Shown: positions 11,451-21,686, counted from the stretch's first letter. The stretch is DNA of 64,000 bases from Nitrospirota bacterium (GCA_963737155.1 CAVTRN010000002.1:1664001-1728000); one strand, 5' to 3'. Program-made: numbers and translations. Notes: a model not told the origin generated them from the letters alone.

Positions 11451-11933
11451 TTACCGATTTATCGTGGTAATTGAGTGCTTATAATACAGGTGCTGCATGC
11501 CGCCTGCCGAGAGCAAAAGCGTAAAGCTATCGTATGCTTCGATATGTGCCTTTATCCGTTGGCCATTTACCAGGTAGATCGTGAGAAGCTGGTTTTCCCT
11601 GATGGCTTTATCGAGAAACTCTTTCTGTATGTTCGGGCGGCTGGCGACGGTATCCGGAGAGGTCGACGGTTCGGAAGCGCTTTGGGACGGTTGCGGCGCT
11701 GATCGAAAGAGTACCGGTTGAGGAGCGGAAAGGTAGGAAATTTCCTGCTTGAGAAGCGTGATGATCGCACCGTTTACGTCGAGGTTGATTTCGTATCGGC
11801 CGACGTCGTGGAGCAGTCCTTCATATTCGGTTTTATTCATCTGGCCGATACGAATTCTCATCCCGTTTGCTAATACCTGCGACAGGAACTGTGGTTCTAC
11901 GGTTTGATTTGATTCTTCCTTCAGCACTTCCAT
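11451..11933 (-). CDS. Hfq-like protein with two Sm-like domains
   Basis: The C-terminal domain NIQKEFL...IYLVNGQRIKAHIEAYDSFTLLL...YYKHSITTI is Hfq-like. The N-terminal domain (FLSQV...YEGLLHDVGRYEI...LLKQEISYL) looks like a degenerate Sm fold. Confidence 0.75.
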   Translation of the reverse strand: MEVLKEESNQTVEPQFLSQVLANGMRIRIGQMNKTEYEGLLHDVGRYEINLDVNGAIITLLKQEISYLSAPQPVLFRSAPQPSQSASEPSTSPDTVASRPNIQKEFLDKAIRENQLLTIYLVNGQRIKAHIEAYDSFTLLLSAGGMQHLYYKHSITTINR

Positions 11934-12035
11934 TAAAAAAATCATAGCTGAATTTATGCACTTTTGCAAGAAAAATATCTAGCCGCCAGTCGGGACACTT
12001 AAGAAATCAATACGGCGTAACGCGGTTTTTCCTTA

Positions 12036-12064
12036 TTGACTTTTCACAGAGTATGCCCTATTAT
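12036..12064 (+). promoter_or_regulatory. Putative sigma70 promoter for queD
   Basis: TTGACT, 17 bp, TATTAT, ending 8 bp before the ATG (very short or no leader). Confidence 0.55.
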
Positions 12065-12072
12065 CCAACGCT

Positions 12073-12441
12073 ATGTATGAGCTTATGGTCGAATCAAAAT
12101 TTGCCGCAGCCCATCAGCTGCGGGGGTACCAGGGCCAGTGCGAAAAACTCCACGGACATAACTGGCGCGTAACGATCGCCGTGACCGCCGAACATCTGGA
12201 CGAAGTTGGGCTAGCTGTCGATTTTCACGTGCTAAAAAAATCGCTTCGTGAAGTGCTCGACCAGCTGGAGCATACGTTCCTGAACGAAATTTTTCCCTTC
12301 ACCCAGATCAACCCCTCCTCAGAAAACCTGGCAAAATGGATCTATGACACCATGGCAAAAAAGATCAACGACGACAACATAGAAGTCGCGAGCGTGACCG
12401 TTTGGGAGTCTGACACGGCTTCAGCGAGCTATTTCGAGTAA
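12073..12441 (+). CDS. queD: 6-carboxy-5,6,7,8-tetrahydropterin synthase
   Basis: FAAAHQL, CEKLHGHNW, DFH, NPSSENLA and VWES motifs. Confidence 0.95.
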   Translation: MYELMVESKFAAAHQLRGYQGQCEKLHGHNWRVTIAVTAEHLDEVGLAVDFHVLKKSLREVLDQLEHTFLNEIFPFTQINPSSENLAKWIYDTMAKKINDDNIEVASVTVWESDTASASYFE

Positions 12442-12490
12442 AAGCCTTTATATCGTTCACTGCAGAACGCAGAGGTCCAGAGGAGGCAGC

Positions 12491-13828
12491 ATGGACAAAA
12501 GAACTGCTGAAAAAATACTCTCCTTTGCAAAATTACATAAGGCCGACGCGGCGGAGGTGTTTCTTCGATCGTACTCATCGACGACTGTTGAAATAAAAGA
12601 GCAACAGGTCGATGCGTTCGAACAGGCGCGGGACATCGGCGCCGGCCTACGCGTAATCGTACAGGGTCGGCAGGGGTTTGCTTTCACGACTGATCTTTCG
12701 GACAACGCCCTTGCCACACTTGCCCGTGCAGCAATTACAAACGCGCAGAACACCATCCCGGATCCCTATCACTCCTTTCCTGCAAAAACGGTGGTTCCCT
12801 ATCACCCCGTCACGATCTTTGATCCAGATATCATCTCTTTGACGGAAATGGAAAAGATAGACCGGGTGAAGTCCATGGAACGCGAGGCATTCGCTGTAGA
12901 CAAACGGATCAAGCGCGTCCGGAAGGCATCTGCTTCATTTTCAGGTGCTGAAACGCTGATCATGAACAGCCTGGGAACGGAAATGTCGTATGAAAGCACA
13001 GCCTGTTCATCGAGCATTGAAGTGGTCGCCGAGGAAGAGGGAGAATCCCAGGCGGGTTCGGAATTCGACGTGAACCGCTTTTATAGAAAACTCGAAATCG
13101 AAGAGGTCGGTCGGCGGGCTGCTCAGAAAGCCATCGACCTGCTTGGCGCAAGGCACATAGAATCAGTCAAGACACCAGTAGTTCTTGAAGCGACGGTTGC
13201 GCAGGATTTTCTTTCCCTGATGGCGAGCGGCTTCTCGGCGGAAAGCGTTCAGAAAAAGAGGTCACTTTTCATCGGGAAACTAGGTTCTAATGTTGCATCA
13301 AATGCTATCACCGTGATCGACGACGGTCTGCGGGAAGGTGGTCTCGGCACTGCACCCTGTGATGATGAGACAGTGCCGATGCAAAGGAAAACCGTTATCG
13401 ACAAAGGCAGGCTTGCCCTGTACTTGTACAATACTTACACCGCGAACAAGGACAAAACTGTATCAACGGGCAACGGCATGCGCGGCGGCTTCAAAGGTCT
13501 GCCCGGCGTGGGCTTGACGAACCTCTACATTGAACCGGGAAAGGAGTCTCCCGAGGCTCTGATTGCATCGATCAATAAGGGTCTGTATGTTACCGAAGTC
13601 ATGGGCATGCATACCGCCAACCCTATTTCTGGTGATTTTTCAGTCGGCGCAACGGGCTTCTGGATTGAGAAAGGGGTAAAGGCATATGCTGTGCGCGAAA
13701 TTACGATCGCCGGCAACATTCTCGACCTTATTAAACACGTGGACGCTGTGGGCAGCGACCTGCGCTTCTCAGGCAGAATCGGCAGCCCTTCACTCCGCAT
13801 AGAGGAACTTTCGGTCGGCGGGAAGTAA
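12491..13828 (+). CDS. pmbA: TldD/PmbA family protein (PmbA/TldE-like)
   Basis: GLRV, DDE, TGNG, NPISGDFS and TIAGN motifs. Lacks HExxxH, so PmbA-type. Confidence 0.88.
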   Translation: MDKRTAEKILSFAKLHKADAAEVFLRSYSSTTVEIKEQQVDAFEQARDIGAGLRVIVQGRQGFAFTTDLSDNALATLARAAITNAQNTIPDPYHSFPAKTVVPYHPVTIFDPDIISLTEMEKIDRVKSMEREAFAVDKRIKRVRKASASFSGAETLIMNSLGTEMSYESTACSSSIEVVAEEEGESQAGSEFDVNRFYRKLEIEEVGRRAAQKAIDLLGARHIESVKTPVVLEATVAQDFLSLMASGFSAESVQKKRSLFIGKLGSNVASNAITVIDDGLREGGLGTAPCDDETVPMQRKTVIDKGRLALYLYNTYTANKDKTVSTGNGMRGGFKGLPGVGLTNLYIEPGKESPEALIASINKGLYVTEVMGMHTANPISGDFSVGATGFWIEKGVKAYAVREITIAGNILDLIKHVDAVGSDLRFSGRIGSPSLRIEELSVGGK

Positions 13829-14036
13829 CTCGTCCCATCGGAGGAGATAGCAACATCAGAAGCATCTTTACACCGCGGGATAAACTCATTCTTTCTCTCT
13901 ATAATGATATACTAAGGAGGTCCTCGGTCTGCCTTGTTTTTGAGGCATGAAACTGGATTGAATTCCTGAAAGAGATGATTTTGGAATCAGATTCTCGTCT
14001 TTAGGTGATAAACCTGATTACCCATCAATTACCGCC

Positions 14037-14459
14037 ATGACTGTGCTATCAGAAGCCACCAAGAAGGAAATCGAAAGCCTCACACGGGAAATAAACGAGC
14101 ATAATTACCGCTACTATGTTCTCGATGCCCCGGTCATATCCGACGAGGAATATGACCGTCTCTTCCGGCGGTTGAGGGAACTTGAGGAACAGCATCATTA
14201 CCTTCTCCCCGATTCTCCGACACAGCGAGTAGGCGCCCCTCCACTTGATAAATTCGCAAAAGTACGGCACACCGAACCGATGCTCTCGCTTGATAATGCT
14301 TTCTCCCATGATGAACTTCGCGAGTTTGACCAGCGAGTGAAGCGTTTTCTGAAGTCGGATTTTGAAGTGGAATACACCGTGGAACCGAAGTATGACGGCC
14401 TTGCCATGGAACTTACCTATAGGAAAGGTCTCTTTGTCCGGGCAGCCACTCGAGGAGAC
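14037..14459 (+). pseudogene. ligA: Host NAD-dependent DNA ligase, 5' part (aa 1-141), interrupted by the island
   Basis: Domain Ia (YYVLDAPVISDEEYD), PMLSLDN, adenylation motif EPKYDG and ATRGD. Homology stops abruptly at 14459, and the ORF runs 15 codons into island DNA to a stop at 14507. Confidence 0.95.
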
Positions 14460-14494
14460 GTAACCGCAAGTAAAATAGTGATTGTGCCAACAAT

Positions 14495-14515
14495 CAAGTG
14501 GTGGTGAAATGGACA
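14495..14515 (+). repeat. Left sub-terminal inverted repeat of the island
   Basis: CAAGTGGTGGTGAAATGGACA matches the reverse complement of 55374-55394 (CAAGTGGATGTAAAATGGACA) at 18/21 positions. Confidence 0.75.
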
Positions 14516-14602
14516 AAAATTGTGTTTGGCTGGTTGCTGTAGACTGAAGTAAATTTATATGTTCACCGAAGTCCTCAAATAAGTAATTCCATTTTATTAA
14601 TT

Positions 14603-16591
14603 ATGAAATTTTCTAGAGAACAAAAAGACATCCTTTCAAGGTCTGGAATAAAACTTCGCAATCTGACTGATGAAAAGATATTTGAAATTGCTGAGCGTAA
14701 AGTTGACGAAAGTTCTCTCAGCGACGATCAGCTTATTGAGTTCCTAACTGTTGCCAATGCTTTATATCGAGCGGGTAGACAGATCATCAGCGACGCTGAT
14801 TATGATTTTACATTCCTTGCCGAGCTAAGAGCAAGACACCCCAAACATCCATATCTACAGACGGTCGAACCTGAGACAGCATTTGCTGGCAAAACGGTAG
14901 AATTGCCAATCAGAATGCTGTCGACGGAGAAAGCCTATTCGAAACAGGACATCGAAAAATGGGTCGCCCGGGTGGAAAAAGCAGCTAAAGAGTTGAACAA
15001 AGATTTCAATAAAATTCTTTTTAAGGTAACGCCGAAACTTGACGGCTTTGCAGCCTACGATGACGGTAAGCGCCTCTATACTCGAGGTGATGGACGTAGA
15101 GGGACAGACATTTCACGAGTGCTTGAGAGAGGATTATCAGTCGCGGATAGCGGAAGACGGGGCTTAGGGGCGGGGGAAATAGTCGTTAACAGGCATTACT
15201 TTGATGAAGTACTAGCACCATATTTTGACAACCCACGCAACTTTCAAGCTAGCGTGATTAAGGAAAAAGATTTAGAAGAACATGCAGAGCAAGCAATTAA
15301 AGATAAAGCGGCAGTTTTCTATCCATTCAATATTCTTCCAAGTTGGCAGGGGACTTGGCAGAAGTTAAATGAAGAATTTGATAATGTCGTAAAGAAAATG
15401 TGGACGTCAACTGATTTCGATGTCGATGGTTTGGTAATAGAAGTATTAGACTCAGACCTTAAAGAATTAATGGGAAGCACCATTCACCACCATCGTTGGC
15501 AAATAGCTTACAAGATTAATGCAGAATCTGCTAAAGTTCGAATTCTAAAAATCACCCCCAATACATCTCGTTCCGGACGTGTTAATCCAGTTGCAGAAGT
15601 TGAACCGACGAGATTAAGTGGTGCTATGATTCAACGAGCCACCGCACATAATTACAAAATGGTCCTTGAAAAAGGCATTGGTCCAGGAGCTTTGATCGAA
15701 CTGACGCGTAGCGGAGAGGTAATTCCAAAAATTGAGAGGGTGATTGAGCAGGCTCAACCTGAAATCCCTGAACATTGTCCTAGCTGCCAGTCTGAATTAG
15801 TATGGGACGGGGACTACCTCTTTTGTACGAATAGACTCGAATGCCCAGCCCAGATCGAAAACTCAATGGAACATTTTTTCAAAATGTTAGGTAACGTAGA
15901 TTTGTTTGGTTCCTCGACAATTAAGAAATTGTATGAAAATGGAGTACGAGCAGTTGAAGACATCTATAAGCTTAAAATAGCTGATTTTCAATCGATGGGA
16001 TTTGGCCCCAAGCAATCGGAAAATTTGGTGGCTCAACTAAACAGGAGTCGTCGAGAGAGAATTGAAGATTGGCGATTTCTTTCAGCATTTGGCGTAATTA
16101 GGCTCGGTCGGGGCAATTGCGAAAAATTATTACGTCATTATGAATTAGATGAAATTTTCAAAATGTCAAAAGAAGATATTGCAAAAATTGAAGGTTTTGC
16201 GGAAAAAACCGCAGCTGTTGTAGTCAAAGGCTTAAGGCGCATAAAGAGACATTTCAATAATATTTATAAACTCCGCTTTAACTTGGAGAGAACATCGCGT
16301 AAGGATGACGTTATAAGAGATCAACAAAGAAGTCCATTAGCGGGAATGACAATTGTTTTCACAGGAGAAATGAAACACGGGACCCGGGACGAAATGGAAA
16401 AAGAAGCCAAGAATATGGGTGCTAGGATCGGGACGTCTGTCACCGGGAATACAAGTATTTTAGTAACAGGTGACCGCGTGGGAGCAACAAAAACAAAAGT
16501 CGCAGAAGAAAAAGGAGTTCGCATTTTATCGGAGGACAATTACTTGGAAATGATTGGCAAACTCAATCAAGCAGGCCATAAATTCCAGTAG
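14603..16591 (+). CDS. ligA: Island-encoded full-length, divergent NAD-dependent DNA ligase
   Basis: YRAG..ISDADYD (Ia), MLSTEK, PKLDG, TRGDG, GE, DVDGLV, RWQIAYK, OB fold (SRSGRVNPVA, RSGEVIPKI), C4 zinc finger, HhH repeats and BRCT (FTGEM...GTSV). Confidence 0.92.
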   Translation: MKFSREQKDILSRSGIKLRNLTDEKIFEIAERKVDESSLSDDQLIEFLTVANALYRAGRQIISDADYDFTFLAELRARHPKHPYLQTVEPETAFAGKTVELPIRMLSTEKAYSKQDIEKWVARVEKAAKELNKDFNKILFKVTPKLDGFAAYDDGKRLYTRGDGRRGTDISRVLERGLSVADSGRRGLGAGEIVVNRHYFDEVLAPYFDNPRNFQASVIKEKDLEEHAEQAIKDKAAVFYPFNILPSWQGTWQKLNEEFDNVVKKMWTSTDFDVDGLVIEVLDSDLKELMGSTIHHHRWQIAYKINAESAKVRILKITPNTSRSGRVNPVAEVEPTRLSGAMIQRATAHNYKMVLEKGIGPGALIELTRSGEVIPKIERVIEQAQPEIPEHCPSCQSELVWDGDYLFCTNRLECPAQIENSMEHFFKMLGNVDLFGSSTIKKLYENGVRAVEDIYKLKIADFQSMGFGPKQSENLVAQLNRSRRERIEDWRFLSAFGVIRLGRGNCEKLLRHYELDEIFKMSKEDIAKIEGFAEKTAAVVVKGLRRIKRHFNNIYKLRFNLERTSRKDDVIRDQQRSPLAGMTIVFTGEMKHGTRDEMEKEAKNMGARIGTSVTGNTSILVTGDRVGATKTKVAEEKGVRILSEDNYLEMIGKLNQAGHKFQ

Positions 16592-16896
16592 TCCCAGTAA
16601 AAAAACATTCTATCTATAGGTGTTACCATTTTTTGAAACTCATCAGTTTACGTTGCAGATTCCGATTGGCATCGGACACCGATTCCATTTTTGAATCGGG
16701 CACCAGTTCCAATCAGTCTTGGACAGAAGTTCCCAAATTAGTCCGGACAGCAATACATCCCTTACAATTTTTATTATAGAATACATTATGAATTCGTGAT
16801 AGCAAATCCGATATTAGTAACATTTAATGAAATCCACAAATATTCTATTCCCATCATCATAGGTTCTATTATTCCTTATTGTGAGTTCTGAATACT

Positions 16897-17238
16897 TTAG
16901 CGTACAATGGCTCGAAGAATCTTGAGAACGAGTTTTAAATCATTTTCATCTGCTTCTTGGAGAAGCTTATTAATTTCACTCTTTACTTGCCTGCTCGTTG
17001 CCTCATGTGCGAATTCAAAAATATCCTTCATTTCTATACCCAAGGCTTTTGAAATATTATCTAGTGTATCTAGGGAGGGATAACTATTCCCCACCTCAAT
17101 CCGACTTAGATGCTTGGGATCAATATCTATTTTGTCAGATAACTGTTCTTGCGATAATCGTTTCGCCTTTCTTAATTCCTTTATTCTCGCTCCGAGAAAT
17201 ATCTTTATTGTTGTTTTCATCATGCCTCCTTTTAGCAA
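16897..17238 (-). CDS. XRE-family HTH regulator
   Basis: LGARIKELRKAKRLSQEQLS...LSRIEVG...PSLDTL. Confidence 0.9.
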   Translation of the reverse strand: MLKGGMMKTTIKIFLGARIKELRKAKRLSQEQLSDKIDIDPKHLSRIEVGNSYPSLDTLDNISKALGIEMKDIFEFAHEATSRQVKSEINKLLQEADENDLKLVLKILRAIVR

Positions 17239-17288
17239 TAATCAGCTTAAAGGAGGCATTTTATAACTACATTAAAAAAAGATTATTA

Positions 17289-17340
17289 TTGACAATATCA
17301 ATATATAATGTAGATTAATATAATAAATATATTGATATTG
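17289..17340. promoter_or_regulatory. Perfect 14-bp inverted repeat overlapping a -35 box (probable operator)
   Basis: CAATATCAATATAT (17293-17306), 20 bp, ATATATTGATATTG (17327-17340). TTGACA at 17289-17294. Lies between divergent genes. Confidence 0.6.
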
Positions 17341-17443
17341 GGGTGCATAATCAACTTTATTTGTAGATTCAGAGCTTATTCATCTTGCTAAAATAGAACG
17401 AAGTTAGCCCCTAAATTCCTTAAGATTGTGAGAGTATTTAGAA

Positions 17444-18289
17444 ATGAATTACGACGATCCTATCCTTGATATTATTGGTGCATTAAGGCAAATCGCGAGA
17501 GAAAATTACCTTTCTGAATATACTATTAACCAGGATCGTCTTGAACAAATCAAGACAATTAAGGAGCCAGTTCTTAAAAGATTAGCAATTAACCTAAATA
17601 AGTATCATAAAGCTGTCGCGCCTGATAAAACCTGCTTGCGCTGTGGAAAGATCGCAAGTATGTACGGTTTTACCTGGTTCTTAGATCGTCGCCAGGGCAA
17701 TGTTTTGTGGGTTGCATATTTTGTATGTAAGCATCACTATAAAAAGTTGCTTTCCGGAAATAGTAATAATTTGCCAGATAGAATAAAAGTTATTATTGCT
17801 TCCAATAATTATGACGTGCCATCAAAATCGATAATCCATTCCCGAAAACAATACAATGATGTTGAGGAATTGCTATTTAGCTTGACAAATGACGATTTAA
17901 AACTATTTGCTGAAGCAAAGCACTGGAATGGTTATATGATTATTGATTATATAGCAGAGCGTATTTTATACTCGAATAATAAACTTTCATTGCTCAAGTT
18001 TTACACGGGCTTTGATGAGTTTGGCACCTCTATCCGCTATATTGAGCATACTCTTGAAGAAAAAGTATCATTTGAAAGTCCAGGATATTGGACGATCGAT
18101 AATTTATTCGCTTCTGATGACTATGGTCTGCTCAACTACTTAAATCCATTATTTACTCGTGATAAAATCGAAGAAGCATACTGGGAGTGGGTTGTGGAAG
18201 ACATTAATCAACGCAATGGCGATTTTATCGATCTTAGCGATAAAATAAATTTTAATCGACTTGTAAAAAAAAGACGATTTAATCATTAA
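17444..18289 (+). CDS. Hypothetical protein with a CxxC...CxxH putative zinc site
   Basis: 281-aa ORF containing CLRC and CKHH. Confidence 0.6.
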   Translation: MNYDDPILDIIGALRQIARENYLSEYTINQDRLEQIKTIKEPVLKRLAINLNKYHKAVAPDKTCLRCGKIASMYGFTWFLDRRQGNVLWVAYFVCKHHYKKLLSGNSNNLPDRIKVIIASNNYDVPSKSIIHSRKQYNDVEELLFSLTNDDLKLFAEAKHWNGYMIIDYIAERILYSNNKLSLLKFYTGFDEFGTSIRYIEHTLEEKVSFESPGYWTIDNLFASDDYGLLNYLNPLFTRDKIEEAYWEWVVEDINQRNGDFIDLSDKINFNRLVKKRRFNH

Positions 18290-18989
18290 CTGTTGCGTTT
18301 TAAAGAACTTTATTTAAATCTGGAGGAGTGTCACGTGCTTCAATCAGATTTGACGCTATTTGATTCTACGGAACGTATATTGCCCTTGGATTGGATAGCC
18401 TCTTTTAGCGGTTGTGACAAAATTTAAATTAGCATGGGGTGTTCATAAACCACTACACGAATTAGGCCTAAAAAACCCTCAAATTTCTTGAAAATCCTAT
18501 TAATGGAAAAGTGTTCATAAATGAATTGTTATTGGGTGTAACTAATCTATGATATATGCTCCAAAATGTCTCACTTATGATTGGGGATTTAGGCCATTTT
18601 GTCTTGGCAGCTTAGTATATGGGGGGAAATAAGTATAATATATAATATTTTGTAGATAAGGTCCGTTTGGCCCGGGGTGATAAATTCTGATTCACAGATG
18701 CAATTATTTCGATTCCTAATAACTCGTGAGATTCTTCCTGAAGTTCTTGTGGTTGCCATTCTCTGCAACATATAAATTAACAACCTGTAACTTGCAACAG
18801 TCGCGTAATGTTTACGTGTCCATCGCTTTGTAGCCACATTATATTTAATAAATCATCTCCCTGACTATTCACATTTTCAGACGGTCCCACAATATCTCCA
18901 CTCAACACGATTGATTTTCTCCCTTAGCCTGCATTAATAAAACTGGTAAAACTTACAATGCAGCTGACATACTTTCGGAGCCTTCAATT

Positions 18990-19104
18990 CATGGGAGGCG
19001 GTCGATACCGGTTCCGAAGCTTGCCATTGGCAAGTACTTGTGGTAGCATCGGTTCTCGTACAGGGGATTTGCACCCCACTAGTTCACGCCTGTTCCGGGC
19101 GTAC
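18990..19104 (-). ncRNA. 5' remnant of a group IIC(-attC) intron
   Basis: The minus strand begins GTACGCCCGGAACAGGCGTGAACTAGTGGGGTGCAAATCCCCTGTACG, a IIC domain-I start, and directly abuts an attC that lacks its first bases. No RT ORF. The inner boundary is approximate. Confidence 0.7.
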
Positions 19105-19159
19105 ACACACGGGTCGAGTCCGACGCGCAAGGACCGCGCGTCTCACCCACGCGTTGGCA
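19105..19159 (+). other. attC site interrupted by a group II intron
   Basis: AC-ACACGGGTCGAG...GACGCGC/GCGCGTC hairpin...CTCACCCACGC-GTTGGCA. Confidence 0.7.
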
Positions 19160-19574
19160 GGAAGAAGTTATAATTACAGTGCGGATTCGAAAATCCATTT
19201 CATGTGGCACGGTAATCACAAAACCCGAAGCAAAAAGTGATTTCATCGTGAAGTCTTGGAGGAAAAGGAGGGGGAACTGTGGTGGTATATTTCATCCCGA
19301 ATTATGTAAATCCGTACGCCTCACGAAAAAGGCATTACAGAGTCAAAGTTCGAGAAAGTATTTGCAAAAATACAGCAGTCAGGCGAATTCACCCGGGCTT
19401 GGTTTAACGCATTGCTTCCAGAGTGCGCAAGGGAAGGTGACTGCAATTACACAACAATCGGTGGAATCATCGAACTTCTCGGTAACCCTGAGTACTCAAG
19501 TCGCAGCGTCTACGAGAAACGTGGACAGATTTAAAACCGTCTTCTGGCTGTGATTAAAAATCAAAAAGGCTAAT

Positions 19575-20273
19575 ATGAACTACTCTTGGAAAGCATATCT
19601 TGCTTTAGGAATTGTATTTTTGCTCTCCCTTTTATTTAGCATCCTAATCCCATCCACCCAAATCCTCCATGAAATAAGCACCATCCCTGCTGTTATGGCA
19701 CTTATAGGCGCTGTGTATCAAATATTTCGAGATCAAGCAGCGTTTGAAAAACAATTATTACTGCAACAGAAGCAAAATCAATTTACACTTGGCGCAGCTT
19801 CACACATGGCAATTGTTGCCTTTGACAAACACGTTGAGTTTTGTGAATCATATATCGCTTGTACTCGCCGTATTCTAGATGAAATATACAATTACGGGGC
19901 GAAACGCAGACCACAGCTGGATGATCTCTTGCATGCACTTATTGATACACGTCAGAAATATGAGGCTTGGCTCACGCAGGGAATAAATTCACAAATAGTT
20001 AATTTCGAATCAAAATTGAAAGAAATGGTTCTCTTCACTGAATTGACTAAGGATCCTAGTTCTGATGAGGAACGTAGAAAACTATTTGCTAAAAAAGCAA
20101 TGGACCTTTATTCAATCTTCATACGTGATGAAGATGATCCAGAAATCGCTCCCGATAGAATCGTTGCACTTCTGCAAAGTATTCTCGGGATAGAAGAACT
20201 AACAGCCTTGCGTCAAGCCGTGATAAACGAGGCCGTAAAAGTAATCAAATCCTCAGGAAAAAAGGGTTTATAA
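19575..20273 (+). CDS. Hypothetical membrane-anchored protein (2 N-terminal TMs)
   Basis: 232-aa ORF with a hydrophobic N-terminus and a helical C-terminus. Confidence 0.7.
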   Translation: MNYSWKAYLALGIVFLLSLLFSILIPSTQILHEISTIPAVMALIGAVYQIFRDQAAFEKQLLLQQKQNQFTLGAASHMAIVAFDKHVEFCESYIACTRRILDEIYNYGAKRRPQLDDLLHALIDTRQKYEAWLTQGINSQIVNFESKLKEMVLFTELTKDPSSDEERRKLFAKKAMDLYSIFIRDEDDPEIAPDRIVALLQSILGIEELTALRQAVINEAVKVIKSSGKKGL

Positions 20274-20274
20274 G

Positions 20275-20508
20275 ATGAGCTACTGGGTGGGCTACTTCAT
20301 GTATGATCCGCAGGCTGATAAAGAGCCGCTATCAAAACAGCTTCTCGGGCCATTTGCAACGCGTCAAGAAGCTAAAGAAGCGAAATATAAGAACAGAGAA
20401 CTTGGCGTGTTCCAAACAGACATATTTGAGGCAGATTTAGAAGACGAACCAATGGTCTTGATCCAGGATAACAACGGAAATCCGGTATTATCCAGGGGGG
20501 ATGACTAA
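20275..20508 (+). CDS. Small hypothetical protein
   Basis: 77-aa ORF starting right after the upstream gene. Its stop lies in an attC-like R'' box. Confidence 0.55.
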   Translation: MSYWVGYFMYDPQADKEPLSKQLLGPFATRQEAKEAKYKNRELGVFQTDIFEADLEDEPMVLIQDNNGNPVLSRGDD

Positions 20509-20559
20509 TAACGGATTTTTCGAACTTATCGAGGGGGGCTAGTGATCCCCTTGTTAGTC
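20503..20559 (+). other. Degenerate attC-like site
   Basis: GACTAAT...GTTAGTC complementary ends, 57 bp, weak inner stem. Confidence 0.45.
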
Positions 20560-20574
20560 TAAGAGGGTCATGAA

Positions 20575-21684
20575 ATGATATTAAAACTACCAGAAAATCG
20601 CAGAAAAATAATAGATTATCTCAACGACATAGATGAGGATACTTTCATCGATGAATTCATTATTCCTTTTTTTACCTCTCAGGGGTATCAAGTCTATCGC
20701 ATAAACTCACATGGTCCAGGCGAACACGGCAAAGACATCATTTTTGTTAGACATATCCCTATATTTACTGAGAACGAGTTTATTTCTGTACAGGCTAAGG
20801 CTGAAGCAGTTACAACAGCGAACGTTGAGAAATGTGCTAGTCAGCTTAAACGCGCTCTTCAAACGAAATTTCCTCCGCGATCAGGAACAGGCGATATATA
20901 TGCCCATTATGCAATATTTATAAACGCCCGTAAACATTCAAATGATGCTTACACCGAATTTCCTCAGCTTGTTAATAGCCAGTATGCAAAGATATTAAGT
21001 CAAGAGAACGTATGTGAGTTGATAATGCAATACGGCATAGCACCTAAACGTCTATTGGACCAGCTAAGTATGAGTTCTCCGGAATCGCAATCAAAAGAAG
21101 ATAGAGAAATCATCGAAACGATACTGACGAACAATCCGGCTGAAGTAGATAACTTACTAAATCACAAGCTGAAATTTATGAAAGATAAAATAAGTCGTGA
21201 TACGAAGCAACTTGTTGTTGACTACATTTATGAAAGGTGGGAATCCGACAGATCATGGGTAGGTACGGTAAAGCCTATGAAATGGTTCGACACTTATTTT
21301 GATTTCTTTTCTGAAAAAGGCAGCAAATATCTATTGACCGTCTTTGAAGAACTCATGTCGTCTACACCGTCTTTCGATGCTTTGCCATATACTAAATCTG
21401 TAGTTCGAAAAATAACACCGGACCTGCTGTCATATATTGAGGACGACTTTATAAACCTATGTGCACGCAAATCGATTTCACATCCAAGGGAAAATATCGA
21501 TTACCTTTATGATAAGTTACAAGAATTCTTGAATTCAAATCTTATAAAGACAACCACCAACCGCCGTATTGCTGAGAAGATTCTTTCATTAAAGCAATAT
21601 AGGACGGAAGGCAAGACCGAGGAAGCAAGGAAAGTTGACGAGGAACTCTATTATATCGCGTACCCAGATGAGCGTAAAGCATAG
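20575..21684 (+). CDS. Protein with an N-terminal Mrr-like PD-(D/E)xK restriction endonuclease domain
   Basis: E...HGPGEHGKDIIF...SVQAK catalytic-type motif followed by a helical C-terminus. Confidence 0.7.
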   Translation: MILKLPENRRKIIDYLNDIDEDTFIDEFIIPFFTSQGYQVYRINSHGPGEHGKDIIFVRHIPIFTENEFISVQAKAEAVTTANVEKCASQLKRALQTKFPPRSGTGDIYAHYAIFINARKHSNDAYTEFPQLVNSQYAKILSQENVCELIMQYGIAPKRLLDQLSMSSPESQSKEDREIIETILTNNPAEVDNLLNHKLKFMKDKISRDTKQLVVDYIYERWESDRSWVGTVKPMKWFDTYFDFFSEKGSKYLLTVFEELMSSTPSFDALPYTKSVVRKITPDLLSYIEDDFINLCARKSISHPRENIDYLYDKLQEFLNSNLIKTTTNRRIAEKILSLKQYRTEGKTEEARKVDEELYYIAYPDERKA

Positions 21685-21686
21685 TA

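Noticed and set aside
16671-16750. ~24-bp periodic repeats as iterons or a mini-CRISPR
   Set aside because: Better explained as IS21-type terminal repeats, given the matching inverted end at 32467 and the TSD.
19179-19553. 124-aa ORF and other short overlapping or antisense ORFs in the track
   Set aside because: No recognisable motifs or RBS. Most are shadows of real genes.
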